Source: Arcobacter sp. (lineage in GTDB: Bacteria > Campylobacterota > Campylobacteria > Campylobacterales > Arcobacteraceae). Taken from it: 64,000 nucleotides of DNA. Position 1 is the first letter of the stretch; each line of letters opens with the position of its first letter. The stretch lies in assembly GCA_002869565.1 (NCBI GenBank), contig PKUJ01000027.1, positions 34,368-98,367 on the forward strand, read 5' to 3'. The position numbers and the translations under genes were made by a program. Shown here piece by piece: positions 29,621-38,694 of the stretch. Below the pieces are notes generated by a model. It was not told the DNA's origin, did not search any database, and worked only from the letters and a program-made list of their open reading frames with translations.

Positions 29621-29870
29621 ATGGGTAAAAAACTACTTGATATAATGAGGGATAAAATAAGAGTAAAACACTATAGTATAAAAACAGAAAATGTATATAT
29701 TTATTGGGCAAAGAAATATATATTATTTCATAATAAACGACATCCTAATACTATGGGTAAAAAAGAGATTGAAGAATATTTAACCTATCTAGCCAAGAAT
29801 CAAAATACAAGTTGAAAAAGTCAAAGAGTTGCACCAAAAAGATGAGATAAGAAGTTCATTGGATTTTTAA
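29621..29870 (+). pseudogene. intI: integron integrase relic (N-terminal 64 aa plus a short frameshifted internal piece)
   Basis: LLDIMRDKIRVKHYSIKTENVYIYWAKKYILFHNKRHPNTMGKKEIEEYLTYLAKNQN matches the IntI N-terminus ([51 protein letters not shown]). In the +1 frame it then reads QVEKVKELHQKDEIRSSLDF (compare IntI ...LHEKDLAEG). The catalytic domain is absent. Confidence 0.75.
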
Positions 29871-30002
29871 AATAAAAATAGTTTTGTAAAGTGATAAATT
29901 GACTAGAGATTAAGATGAAAATAACAGCTATACTAATTCAGTAAAAAAAACATATAATAACAAAAATATTTCAATATTTATCTAAAACAAAAGGCTTAAA
30001 AT

Positions 30003-30416
30003 ATGATAGAAACACCCTTTATAGCAACTGATGGTATTATAAAGCTATATAATGAAAAAAATGAATTTCAAGGTATTGTTTTGATTGAAAGATTAAACAG
30101 ACCTTTTGGTCTAGCACTTCCTGGTGGTTTTGTTGATATTGGTGAAAAAGTTGAAGATGCTTTGGTTCGTGAAATGCAAGAAGAAGTTACTTTAGATGTA
30201 AAAATTGAGAAACTTCTAAATATCTATTCTGATCCAAAAAGAGATGAAAGATTTCATACAGTATCTGCTGTCTATATTTGCAATGCCATAGGAGTTCCCA
30301 AAGCAGCTGATGATGCAAAAAAAGTATTTGTTTATAAGTTAGATGAAATACCTTTTGAAAAGCTTGTTTTTGACCATAAAAATATATTAGAAGATTTTAT
30401 TTTAGAAGAGAAGTAA
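30003..30416 (+). CDS. NUDIX hydrolase
   Basis: Nudix box GGFVDIGEKVEDALVREMQEEVTL. Confidence 0.8.
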   Translation: MIETPFIATDGIIKLYNEKNEFQGIVLIERLNRPFGLALPGGFVDIGEKVEDALVREMQEEVTLDVKIEKLLNIYSDPKRDERFHTVSAVYICNAIGVPKAADDAKKVFVYKLDEIPFEKLVFDHKNILEDFILEEK

Positions 30417-30430
30417 ATTCTCTTCTTTTT
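30404..30430. terminator. hairpin terminator between convergent genes
   Basis: AGAAGAGAA-gtaaa-TTCTCTTCT followed by TTTT. Confidence 0.6.
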
Positions 30431-30431
30431 A

Positions 30432-31601
30432 CTATTTATTATAAGCTAAAATTTTATCGACATATCTTTTGTGTCTCATTCCAACTAAGATTCTAGTAAC
30501 ATACTCTTTGTCTTCTAAAAACTTAAGGGCAACTGCATCAATAGGACCTTTGATATTCATCTCTTTTGCAGTATTTTGTGATAGTTTGTATTTTATATTG
30601 TTTTTATAACAATCTAAAAAGTTATCAAATAGTTGGAAATAGATTGGGTCAAGTTGTACATTTTCTATAATATAAGGGATAACTTGATACTCAATTGTAT
30701 CATCAACATCTCCCGCCCATCTGTATTCACTTTGAATGTCTAAAAGTTGTTTTATCACTTCCTGAAAGTGATCATTTGGGACTTCATGAATTTGCCCTAA
30801 AAGAGTATCAAAATTAATACACTCAGTATAACTTGCTAGTCTTACCATTTTATCTTTATTAAAAGCATTTAGTGGTCTATTTATATGTACTTCTAAGCCA
30901 TTTTCATAAGCCCATTTTGCAGCTTCTTCGCCAGCTGTTTCGTACATATTCATTGGTAGTTGTATTACTTTTAGGTGGTGATTGTTATTTGAAACTTCAT
31001 TTGCATAACCTACTAAGTGCTTATACTCTAAAAAATGCAAATCACTTCTTTTTTTAGAAAAAGAGTTTGAGCTTATTCCATATGATTTGATTTTTCCTTC
31101 TTTTACTTTTTCTTCTAGTAGGGCAAAGGCATTTTTGATTCTTAGTTGCATGATATTGTGATGTTCAAGTATTTTTTCTTGGGTTAATCCTTTTTTTATC
31201 TCTTTAATTAGATAGTATTCTGGATTGTGGAGTAAATAAGTATCTATATAATCAGTTTTCATTCTTTGTAATGAGTTGTCAATCTGGTCACTTAAAAAAT
31301 CTTGCGAAATACTATGGAAACAGTTTGCATCATATCTTACAAGTTCATCAACTTTGTAACCTTCTTGTACTCTTTGTAAGTTTTTACCTTGGATATATCC
31401 ACCTTTTGAAACTATAGTTATATTTTCTCTTTTTCTATTTTCAATAGCTTGACCGATAAGCTGTTCGGCTTCACCATTCATATAATTTGATGATGTATCA
31501 ATATGAGTAATACCATTTTCAAGGGCATAATTCAATGCATCTCTATGAACTGGATTTTGATAAGTTGTACGATATGTTCCAAATGAGTATTGAGATAACA
31601 T
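30432..31601 (-). CDS. aldo/keto reductase family protein
   Basis: AKR pattern (FGTYRT ... HIDTSSNYMNGEAEQLIG ... DTYLLHNPE). Start chosen at MLSQYSF (AAGG 9 nt upstream, TATAAT further upstream). The listed ORF extends to 31640. Confidence 0.75.
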   Translation of the reverse strand: MLSQYSFGTYRTTYQNPVHRDALNYALENGITHIDTSSNYMNGEAEQLIGQAIENRKRENITIVSKGGYIQGKNLQRVQEGYKVDELVRYDANCFHSISQDFLSDQIDNSLQRMKTDYIDTYLLHNPEYYLIKEIKKGLTQEKILEHHNIMQLRIKNAFALLEEKVKEGKIKSYGISSNSFSKKRSDLHFLEYKHLVGYANEVSNNNHHLKVIQLPMNMYETAGEEAAKWAYENGLEVHINRPLNAFNKDKMVRLASYTECINFDTLLGQIHEVPNDHFQEVIKQLLDIQSEYRWAGDVDDTIEYQVIPYIIENVQLDPIYFQLFDNFLDCYKNNIKYKLSQNTAKEMNIKGPIDAVALKFLEDKEYVTRILVGMRHKRYVDKILAYNK

Positions 31602-31659
31602 TTTTGTAGCCTTTTTGTAAATAATAGGAATTATATACAAAAACTATACCTTAGGCAAC

Positions 31660-32253
31660 ATGAGGTATGAATATTGCATATACAATTTCATGGAAAATAA
31701 CTATAATTTAGAAACTTATGATAGGTTTTTAGGAGACTTTAAAGCTGATGGGGCACATTGGGATAGAATTGAAAAAAGAACTGCTACTCTTTTTCAAGTT
31801 TTGATAGATGGAGATTTAAAAGAGTTAGTTTTTGTTTTAAAACATTATCCAAAATATATTGAAATAGTATGTGACCATTTTAGGTACCTTTATAATTATT
31901 CATCACAAGAAGCAGATATTTATGCAGCTTCTAAATTACTTACTATGAGTGAGGGATACCATCAAAAACAGTTTGTGCGAAATTTAGTTAGAAAATTAGA
32001 AAAAATCGATGAATTAGATATCTCTAGTTTAAAAACTTTTTTAGATGAATTAATTATAAATCAAGATAAAATTCATGCAATTATTTTAGGGTTTTATAAA
32101 AATGAGATTGAACATAATATTAAAAATAACAACTATCATAAATTGCAAATAAAAGTAATAGAAAAAAATCTAAAAAAACTGATTGTAGATGATAGTTTTG
32201 ATTTTAGTGCGAAAGATAGAGATGCAAATCTTGATATACCATATATGGACTAA
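31660..32253 (+). CDS. hypothetical protein, paralogue of 22258..22968
   Basis: Shared blocks: RTATLFQVLIDGDLKELVFVL versus RTRMLFRSLVDNDFKELNEVL, and LKTFLDELIINQDKIHAIILGFYKNEI versus LKDFLNEIIPKKEKIDKRILEYYQKKI. Confidence 0.5.
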   Translation: MRYEYCIYNFMENNYNLETYDRFLGDFKADGAHWDRIEKRTATLFQVLIDGDLKELVFVLKHYPKYIEIVCDHFRYLYNYSSQEADIYAASKLLTMSEGYHQKQFVRNLVRKLEKIDELDISSLKTFLDELIINQDKIHAIILGFYKNEIEHNIKNNNYHKLQIKVIEKNLKKLIVDDSFDFSAKDRDANLDIPYMD

Positions 32254-32262
32254 GGAGAATTA

Positions 32263-32688
32263 ATGAGCCAATTTTTTACAAAAAGAGAAATCCTGTTTTA
32301 TGAAAAGCCAGGTTGTGCAGGAAATAAAAAACAAAAAGATTTATTAACAAGTAAAGGAATAATTTTCAAAGTCAAAAACTTATTAGATACTCCTTGGACT
32401 TTTGATAGTCTAGGAAGTTTTTTTGTTGGTTTAGAAAAAGATGAAATTGTTAATGTTTTCGCTCCAAAGATTAAAAAAAATGAGATAGATATTGATAAAT
32501 TGAGTAAAAAAGAATTAATAGAGTATATGATTAAAGAGCCAATTTTAATCAAACGACCGCTAATTCAGGTTGATGAAGAAAAAATCTGTGGTTTTAATCT
32601 TGCAAAATTAAATAAAATTTTAAATTTAAAACTTGATACTGATAAACAAATTGGTACTTGTCAAAGTAGTGATTCATGTTTAACTTAA
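32263..32688 (+). CDS. ArsC/Spx-family thioredoxin-fold protein
   Basis: N-terminal YEKPGCAGNKKQKDLL and the IKRPL motif. Confidence 0.6.
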   Translation: MSQFFTKREILFYEKPGCAGNKKQKDLLTSKGIIFKVKNLLDTPWTFDSLGSFFVGLEKDEIVNVFAPKIKKNEIDIDKLSKKELIEYMIKEPILIKRPLIQVDEEKICGFNLAKLNKILNLKLDTDKQIGTCQSSDSCLT

Positions 32689-32813
32689 AAACTTACAGTA
32701 CTATTTAAATAAATTATTTTTATTATTATTTGTCTTAAAAGACTATTTTATATACAGAAAATAAATATTATTTATTAAAATATTCATTATATTTATGATT
32801 ATGGAGATTTATT

Positions 32814-34637
32814 TTGACTTATTCTAATATTGATATTTTATGGATTTTATTAAGTGCTTTTTTAGTGTTTATGATGCAATTAGGCTTTTCTTTTATTGAA
32901 ACAGGAACTGTTCGTTCTAAAAATACAATTAATGTAGCAATGAAAAACCTGATAGATTCAATATTTGGTGTGATTTTCTTTTGGTTAATTGGTTATGGAA
33001 TAATGTTTGGGGTTGATACATATGGCTTGTTTGGTATAAGTAAATATGCAATTGATGGCTCAGATTTATATGAAAATGCTTTTTTCTTTTTCCAAGCTAT
33101 GTTCGCAGCAACTGCAATAACAATTGTATCAGGAGCTGTTGCTGAGAGAATAAAATTTAACGGTTATTTAGTAGTTTCTATTATAGTAACAGCGCTTATT
33201 TATCCTATTTTTGGTCATTGGAGTTGGAATGAAAATGGTTGGCTTTCACAACTTGGTTTTGTGGATTTCGCAGGTTCAACTGTTGTACATTCTGTAGGAG
33301 CTTGGATTGGTTTAGCTGGTGCTATTGTTCTAGGTCCAAGACTTGGAAAATTTAGAGATGGAAAAGTTACCTATTTCCCACCAAGTAATCACAATATGAT
33401 TGTTTTTGGAGTATTAATTCTTATCTTTGCTTGGTTTGGATTCAATGGCGGAAGTTTATTGAAATTTGATATGGAAGTTACTAGAATCTTATTAAATACT
33501 CTTTTATCAGCTAGTTTTGGTGGTTTGGCTGGTTGGCTTTTAAGTGTTATGTATAAAGAGAAGGTTAGTATTGAAGTTTTTTCTTTTGGAATAATTTCAG
33601 GTTTAGTTGGTATAACTGCTTGTTGTTATGCTTTTGATACCTTAACTTCTGCCTTTGTAGGTTTTACTTCTGCAATTATAATGCATTTTTCTGATCAATT
33701 TTTTACAAAAAAATTACATATTGATGATCCTTTAAGTGTAGTTAGTATTCATGGGGTTGTAGGAGCTTGGGGTACATTGTGTGTTGGTTTTTTTGCAGCT
33801 TTAAGCGATGGAATGACTAGACTTAGTTTTATTGGAATTCAACTTACAGGAATAGTTACTGCTTTTATTTTTGCATTTACTTTTGGGATTGCACTTTTTT
33901 TCCTTTTATATAAACTAAATCTTTTACGAGTATCAAAAAAACACGAAGTAATAGGTTTAAATGTAAGTGAACACAATGCTAGAATGCCATGGGTAGATAC
34001 TATTGAGAGTATTGTTCGAATGATGAAAACAGGAAATTTTTCAAAAAAAATACATGAAGAAAAATTTACAGAAGTTGGAATGGTTGCTAAATTTTTTAAT
34101 TATTTACTTGATATTTTAAGACAAAAACAGATTGATTTAACAAATATAAATCAAAAACTTAGAACAAAATCAGAAATTGACCCTTTAACAAAAATTTTAA
34201 ATAGAAGAGCTTTTATGGAAAGGCTTGGAGAGAGAAATCTTTTTTTAAGTAGTTTCTCTGTCATAATTATTGATATAGATAAATTTAAAGATGTAAATGA
34301 TACTTATGGACACAGTGTCGGTGATAGTGTTTTAGTTGAATTATCAGATATTGTAAAAAAATCAATACGTACACGAGATGTTTTTGCTAGATGGGGAGGC
34401 GAAGAGTTCGTATTGTTAGTGCATGCGGAAGAGGGTAATATTGCTGAATCAATTGCAGAAAAAATAAGAATTGAAATTGAAAATTTTAATTTTACTACAG
34501 TTAAAAAAATAACTGCTTCTTTTGGTGTTTGTACACCTAGAAGTGAAAAAGAATCCTTTGACGAGGTTTTTGAAAAAGCTGATAAATCACTATATCAAGC
34601 TAAAAAATTAGGTAGAAATAGGGTTTGTACTTGGTAA
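32814..34637 (+). CDS. ammonium transporter (Amt) fused to a GGDEF diguanylate cyclase
   Basis: Amt signature DFAGSTVVHSVGAWIGLAGAIVLGPRLGKF with 11 TM segments, then a linker, then a GGDEF domain (DPLTKILNRRAF, RWGGEEFVLL, ADKSLYQAKKLGRN). TTG start. Confidence 0.85.
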   Translation: MTYSNIDILWILLSAFLVFMMQLGFSFIETGTVRSKNTINVAMKNLIDSIFGVIFFWLIGYGIMFGVDTYGLFGISKYAIDGSDLYENAFFFFQAMFAATAITIVSGAVAERIKFNGYLVVSIIVTALIYPIFGHWSWNENGWLSQLGFVDFAGSTVVHSVGAWIGLAGAIVLGPRLGKFRDGKVTYFPPSNHNMIVFGVLILIFAWFGFNGGSLLKFDMEVTRILLNTLLSASFGGLAGWLLSVMYKEKVSIEVFSFGIISGLVGITACCYAFDTLTSAFVGFTSAIIMHFSDQFFTKKLHIDDPLSVVSIHGVVGAWGTLCVGFFAALSDGMTRLSFIGIQLTGIVTAFIFAFTFGIALFFLLYKLNLLRVSKKHEVIGLNVSEHNARMPWVDTIESIVRMMKTGNFSKKIHEEKFTEVGMVAKFFNYLLDILRQKQIDLTNINQKLRTKSEIDPLTKILNRRAFMERLGERNLFLSSFSVIIIDIDKFKDVNDTYGHSVGDSVLVELSDIVKKSIRTRDVFARWGGEEFVLLVHAEEGNIAESIAEKIRIEIENFNFTTVKKITASFGVCTPRSEKESFDEVFEKADKSLYQAKKLGRNRVCTW

Positions 34638-34766
34638 TTTTACTTTTATATATATTTACCTTTGATTGTAACTTTTTTTATAATATTTTAATTTCTTTAT
34701 AAAATACAATAGCTATGAAAATTATTTAAAGCTATTAATATTATAATAACACTAAAAAGAGTACTT

Positions 34767-36326
34767 ATGCCTAAACTTTTCAAAAACTTTATATTTTTTG
34801 GTGGAATTATAATAATAATTTTATCTATAATTGACCTATCTTTTTTATCTTTATTCCCGATATATTTAATCATTATTTTAATTGCTTTGTATGATATCAA
34901 ACAGACTAAACATTCTTTATGGAGAAACTTCCCGGTAATAGGTAGAATGAGATGGGTTTTAGAAGAACTTAGACCTCCTATTAGACAATATTTTATTGAA
35001 TCGGATATTGATGGTGTTCCAATTAATAGACAGTTAAGAAGTCTTGTTTATCGACGTTCAAAAAAGCAAGTAAGTACAATTCCTTTTGGTACAAAAGTTG
35101 ATGTATACAAAGCTGGATATGAATGGATTGGACACTCTTTAAAAGCTATGAAAGCTCATGATTTAGACCAAGACCCAAGAATAGAAATTGGTGGAATAGA
35201 TTGTAAACAGCCTTATTCTTCTAGTATTTTAAATGTATCTGCAATGAGTTTTGGTGCTCTTAGTGCAAATGCAGTTATGGCTTTAGGTTATGGTGCAAAA
35301 ATTGGAAATTTTGCCTTAAATACAGGTGAGGGGGGATTAAGTAGATATCATTTAGTTAGTAATTGTGATTTAATTTGGCAAGTTGGTACTGGATATTTTG
35401 GATGTAGAAATGAAGATGGAACATTTAATGCAGATAAATTTGAAGAAAAATCAAAAAATGAAAATGTAAAAATGATAGAAATAAAACTATCACAAGGGGC
35501 AAAACCAGGACATGGAGGAATTCTTCCTGCTGATAAAAACACACCTGAAATTGCAGAGATTAGGGGTGTAAAAGCTCATACAAGAGTTGATTCTCCACCA
35601 ACTCATAGTGCTTTTGATTCTGTACAAGGCTTACTTCGATTTGTCAAGAAATTAAGAGACTTATCTGGTGGGAAACCTATTGGATTTAAACTTTGTGTTG
35701 GAAGAAAAGAGGAGTTTATTGATATTTGTAAAGCAATGATTGAACTTGATATTAAACCTGATTTTATTACAGTTGATGGTGGTGAAGGTGGAACTGGAGC
35801 TGCTCCACTTGAATATACAAATTCAGTGGGAATGCCTTTACGTGAAGCTTTAGTTTTTGTAGTAGATTCTTTAGTAGGATTTGGCTTGAAAGATGAAATT
35901 AAAATTGTTGCATCAGGGAAAGTTTTAAATGGAATGCATATTACAAAAGCCTTAGCCTTAGGTGCAGATTTATGTGCAAGTGCAAGGGGAATGATGTTAA
36001 GTTTAGGTTGTATTCAAGCTTTAGACTGTCATAAAAATACTTGTCCTACAGGTGTAGCAACTCAAGATCCAAGGTTTTCAAAAGGTTTAGTAGTTGAAGA
36101 TAAAAAACAGCGTGTTGCAAACTTCCATAGTGGAACTGTCGAAAGTTTTGTTGAGATTTTAGCTTCAGCTGGACTTGATGATAGTGCAAAACTTAATAGA
36201 ACTCATATTTTTAGAAGACTAGATCAAACAAGTTACAAAAGATATGATGAACTTTATTCTCCTATGAGAGAAGGTGATTTACTTCAAGAACCATATCCTG
36301 AGGATTTTGAGAGGTTTATGAAGTAA
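34767..36326 (+). CDS. FMN-binding glutamate synthase-family protein (GltB central-domain homologue) with N-terminal membrane anchor
   Basis: Has ISAMSFGALS, KLSQGAKPGHGG, DFITVDGGEGGTGAAP and CHKNTCPTGVATQD. Confidence 0.8.
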   Translation: MPKLFKNFIFFGGIIIIILSIIDLSFLSLFPIYLIIILIALYDIKQTKHSLWRNFPVIGRMRWVLEELRPPIRQYFIESDIDGVPINRQLRSLVYRRSKKQVSTIPFGTKVDVYKAGYEWIGHSLKAMKAHDLDQDPRIEIGGIDCKQPYSSSILNVSAMSFGALSANAVMALGYGAKIGNFALNTGEGGLSRYHLVSNCDLIWQVGTGYFGCRNEDGTFNADKFEEKSKNENVKMIEIKLSQGAKPGHGGILPADKNTPEIAEIRGVKAHTRVDSPPTHSAFDSVQGLLRFVKKLRDLSGGKPIGFKLCVGRKEEFIDICKAMIELDIKPDFITVDGGEGGTGAAPLEYTNSVGMPLREALVFVVDSLVGFGLKDEIKIVASGKVLNGMHITKALALGADLCASARGMMLSLGCIQALDCHKNTCPTGVATQDPRFSKGLVVEDKKQRVANFHSGTVESFVEILASAGLDDSAKLNRTHIFRRLDQTSYKRYDELYSPMREGDLLQEPYPEDFERFMK

Positions 36327-36389
36327 TCATAAACTTCCCCAAGGAACGTTTCTTGCATTATAAAGTATATTATAATACAAGGAATAAAA

Positions 36390-36953
36390 ATGGCAACTCC
36401 AATAGAGTTTATTAAAGAGAACAAATTAGACTGGCAACCTTCTTTTAACGGAAAGCTAAGTGATGGAACTGATGGTTATAGAGGTGCATTAATAATTGAA
36501 GAGGGTAAACAAATCTCTCCTGATAGAGTTCTACCTCCTAAAATCCAAGCTAGACAAGTAATAATGATAAGTGATGAAAAAATTAAATTTTTCTCTTGTG
36601 AATTAGAGAGTTTTAATCATTTTTTACCAATGTTTGAAAGATATAAAGAGTTTTTTAGTCCAGAAGGTATGAATTTACTTTATGTAACTGATTTAGATGG
36701 CAATGGAACATTTGAGTATGAAGGTATTAAATTTACAGCTGTTATGCTTGATGAGAGTTCTGTATGGAATGAATTATTGGAAGTAGCTGCTTTAGAAAAA
36801 AGTGAAATGAAAAGATTAAAAAAACAAGAAGAAAAAATTGAAGCACTATACGCAGAACTGTTAACTGCTGATGTAGAATATGGACCAAAATCTTATGAAG
36901 AGATGATGGGTTTAATTGGAGAAAGTTCTAAACAACTTATGGGAGCAGTTTAA
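36390..36953 (+). CDS. hypothetical protein
   Basis: 187-aa ORF with no recognisable motif. Confidence 0.45.
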   Translation: MATPIEFIKENKLDWQPSFNGKLSDGTDGYRGALIIEEGKQISPDRVLPPKIQARQVIMISDEKIKFFSCELESFNHFLPMFERYKEFFSPEGMNLLYVTDLDGNGTFEYEGIKFTAVMLDESSVWNELLEVAALEKSEMKRLKKQEEKIEALYAELLTADVEYGPKSYEEMMGLIGESSKQLMGAV

Positions 36954-37000
36954 TAACTGCTTTTTTTCAAAGATTTAATACTATTTAACTATAATGCCAT

Positions 37001-37483
37001 ATGCAAAATGATTTAATAACAGAGTATGGATATCAAAATATAGTTAAAGAGTTTAAAAAACTTCTTGAAGTAGAAAAACCTTATTGGGTAAAAGAAAAAG
37101 AAATAGCTGCCCAACATGGTGATAGAAGTGAAAATGCAGAGTACATCTCTGCTAAAGAAATGATTCGGAATATTGATAAAAGATTAAGGTTTTTAAATAA
37201 AATTATCAATAATTCTGATGTAATCGATATTACAAAAATCCCACACAAAAAAGTTAATTTTGGTTCAGAAGTTATTCTTTTAGATTTAGAAAAAGATGAA
37301 AAGAAGACTTATATTTTAGTCGGAACAAATGAGACAAATCCTAGTGAAAATAAAATATCAAATAAATCTCCATTGGGAAGAGTTTTATTAGGTAAAGAGT
37401 TAAATGAAGAGTTTGAATTTAATATAAATGGTCAAACCTTTGAATATGAAGTTCTTTCAATAAAAATGCATGAGTTTGAATAA
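37001..37483 (+). CDS. GreA/GreB family transcription elongation factor
   Basis: GDRSENAEY motif in the coiled-coil tip. 160 aa. Confidence 0.8.
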   Translation: MQNDLITEYGYQNIVKEFKKLLEVEKPYWVKEKEIAAQHGDRSENAEYISAKEMIRNIDKRLRFLNKIINNSDVIDITKIPHKKVNFGSEVILLDLEKDEKKTYILVGTNETNPSENKISNKSPLGRVLLGKELNEEFEFNINGQTFEYEVLSIKMHEFE

Positions 37484-38396
37484 TATGACAATAGATGCTT
37501 TAAAACTACTTATAATAGAAAATATTAAACTTAAAAACAGAGAGTTCAAGAGAGTTTTCCATGGACGTGGAAATTTCTATGATGATTTTAACTATTTGAC
37601 AGTGGATAGTATTGATAAAATTTTATTTGTTTGTTTTTTTGAAGATGTTGCAGTTGAAAAAGAATTGCTAGAATTATTAGAAAATATAGCTAAAAAAGAA
37701 GATTATGATACTTTAGTCTGTCAAAGAAGATATTTGACAAATGCCCCTTGCGAAGTTTTAATTGGAGAATTAAAAGAAGAAACATATGCTATAGAAAATG
37801 ATTTAAAATATAGAATTAGTTTTACAAATAAAAATATTGGAATCTTCCCTGATATGAAAATAGGGCGTGAATATATAAGAAATACTTCAAAAGATAAAAA
37901 TATTTTGAATCTTTTTTCATATACTTGTGCTTTTTCTGTATCTTCACTTGAAGGTGGAGCAAAACAAGTTGTAAATGTAGATATGGCAAAAGGCGCTTTA
38001 ACTACTGGTCGTATAAATCATCATATAAATAATCAAGATACAAAAAAAGTAAAATTTTTACCATATAATATTTTAAAATCTTGGAGTAGAATAAAAAAAG
38101 ATGCTCCCTATGATATTATCATTATAGATCCACCATCTTTTCAAAAAGGAAGTTTTGCAGCTAGTGCTGATTATGTAAAAATTATCAAAAGATTAGATCA
38201 ATTAGCTTCAAAAAATTGTGTAGTTTTATCTTGTCTAAATGCTCCTGAGTTAAATGTGTCTTTTATGTTAGATTTATTTAAAGAAAATGCACCTGACTTT
38301 GAATTTATTCAAAGGCTAAAAAATTTAGATACTTTTCCTACAAATAATGAAGAAAAGAGTTTGAAAAATTTAATATTTAAAAGGAAAATAGTTTGA
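37470..38396 (+). CDS. class I SAM-dependent (RlmI/YccW-like) methyltransferase
   Basis: Has NLFSYTCAFSV, VNVDMA and DIIIIDPPSFQK. Overlaps the gre gene by 14 nt. Confidence 0.7.
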   Translation: MSLNNMTIDALKLLIIENIKLKNREFKRVFHGRGNFYDDFNYLTVDSIDKILFVCFFEDVAVEKELLELLENIAKKEDYDTLVCQRRYLTNAPCEVLIGELKEETYAIENDLKYRISFTNKNIGIFPDMKIGREYIRNTSKDKNILNLFSYTCAFSVSSLEGGAKQVVNVDMAKGALTTGRINHHINNQDTKKVKFLPYNILKSWSRIKKDAPYDIIIIDPPSFQKGSFAASADYVKIIKRLDQLASKNCVVLSCLNAPELNVSFMLDLFKENAPDFEFIQRLKNLDTFPTNNEEKSLKNLIFKRKIV

Positions 38397-38605
38397 TTAA
38401 TCCAAAAATTTGTCCATTTTGTAAAAAAGAAAATAATTGTATGGCTGATATTCCAAATAATAATTGTTGGTGTAATGATATAAAAGTGCCAAAGGAACTA
38501 ATCTTATTAGTTCCTGCAGAATATGAACATAAAGCTTGTATTTGTAAAAATTGTATTTTACAATTTAAAGAAAACAAAGATAAATTTATTCAAAACTTAA
38601 AATAA
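38393..38605 (+). CDS. cysteine-rich CWC family protein
   Basis: CPFCKKENNC...CWCNDIKVP...CICKNC. Overlaps the upstream gene by 4 nt. Confidence 0.65.
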   Translation: MINPKICPFCKKENNCMADIPNNNCWCNDIKVPKELILLVPAEYEHKACICKNCILQFKENKDKFIQNLK

Positions 38606-38694
38606 AAAAAGCCTAAAAATTATCCTTTATTCTTTATCGTTTTATTAAAAAAACTCGCTAAAATCCATCTTTATTTATTTTATTAGTAGGAATT

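Larger units (their letters stand above)
28204..29870 (-). mobile_element. decayed integron (intI relic, attI-like core, two cassettes with attC-like sites)
   Basis: See the component features. The cassette ORFs are on the strand opposite intI, which is the canonical integron arrangement. Confidence 0.55.
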
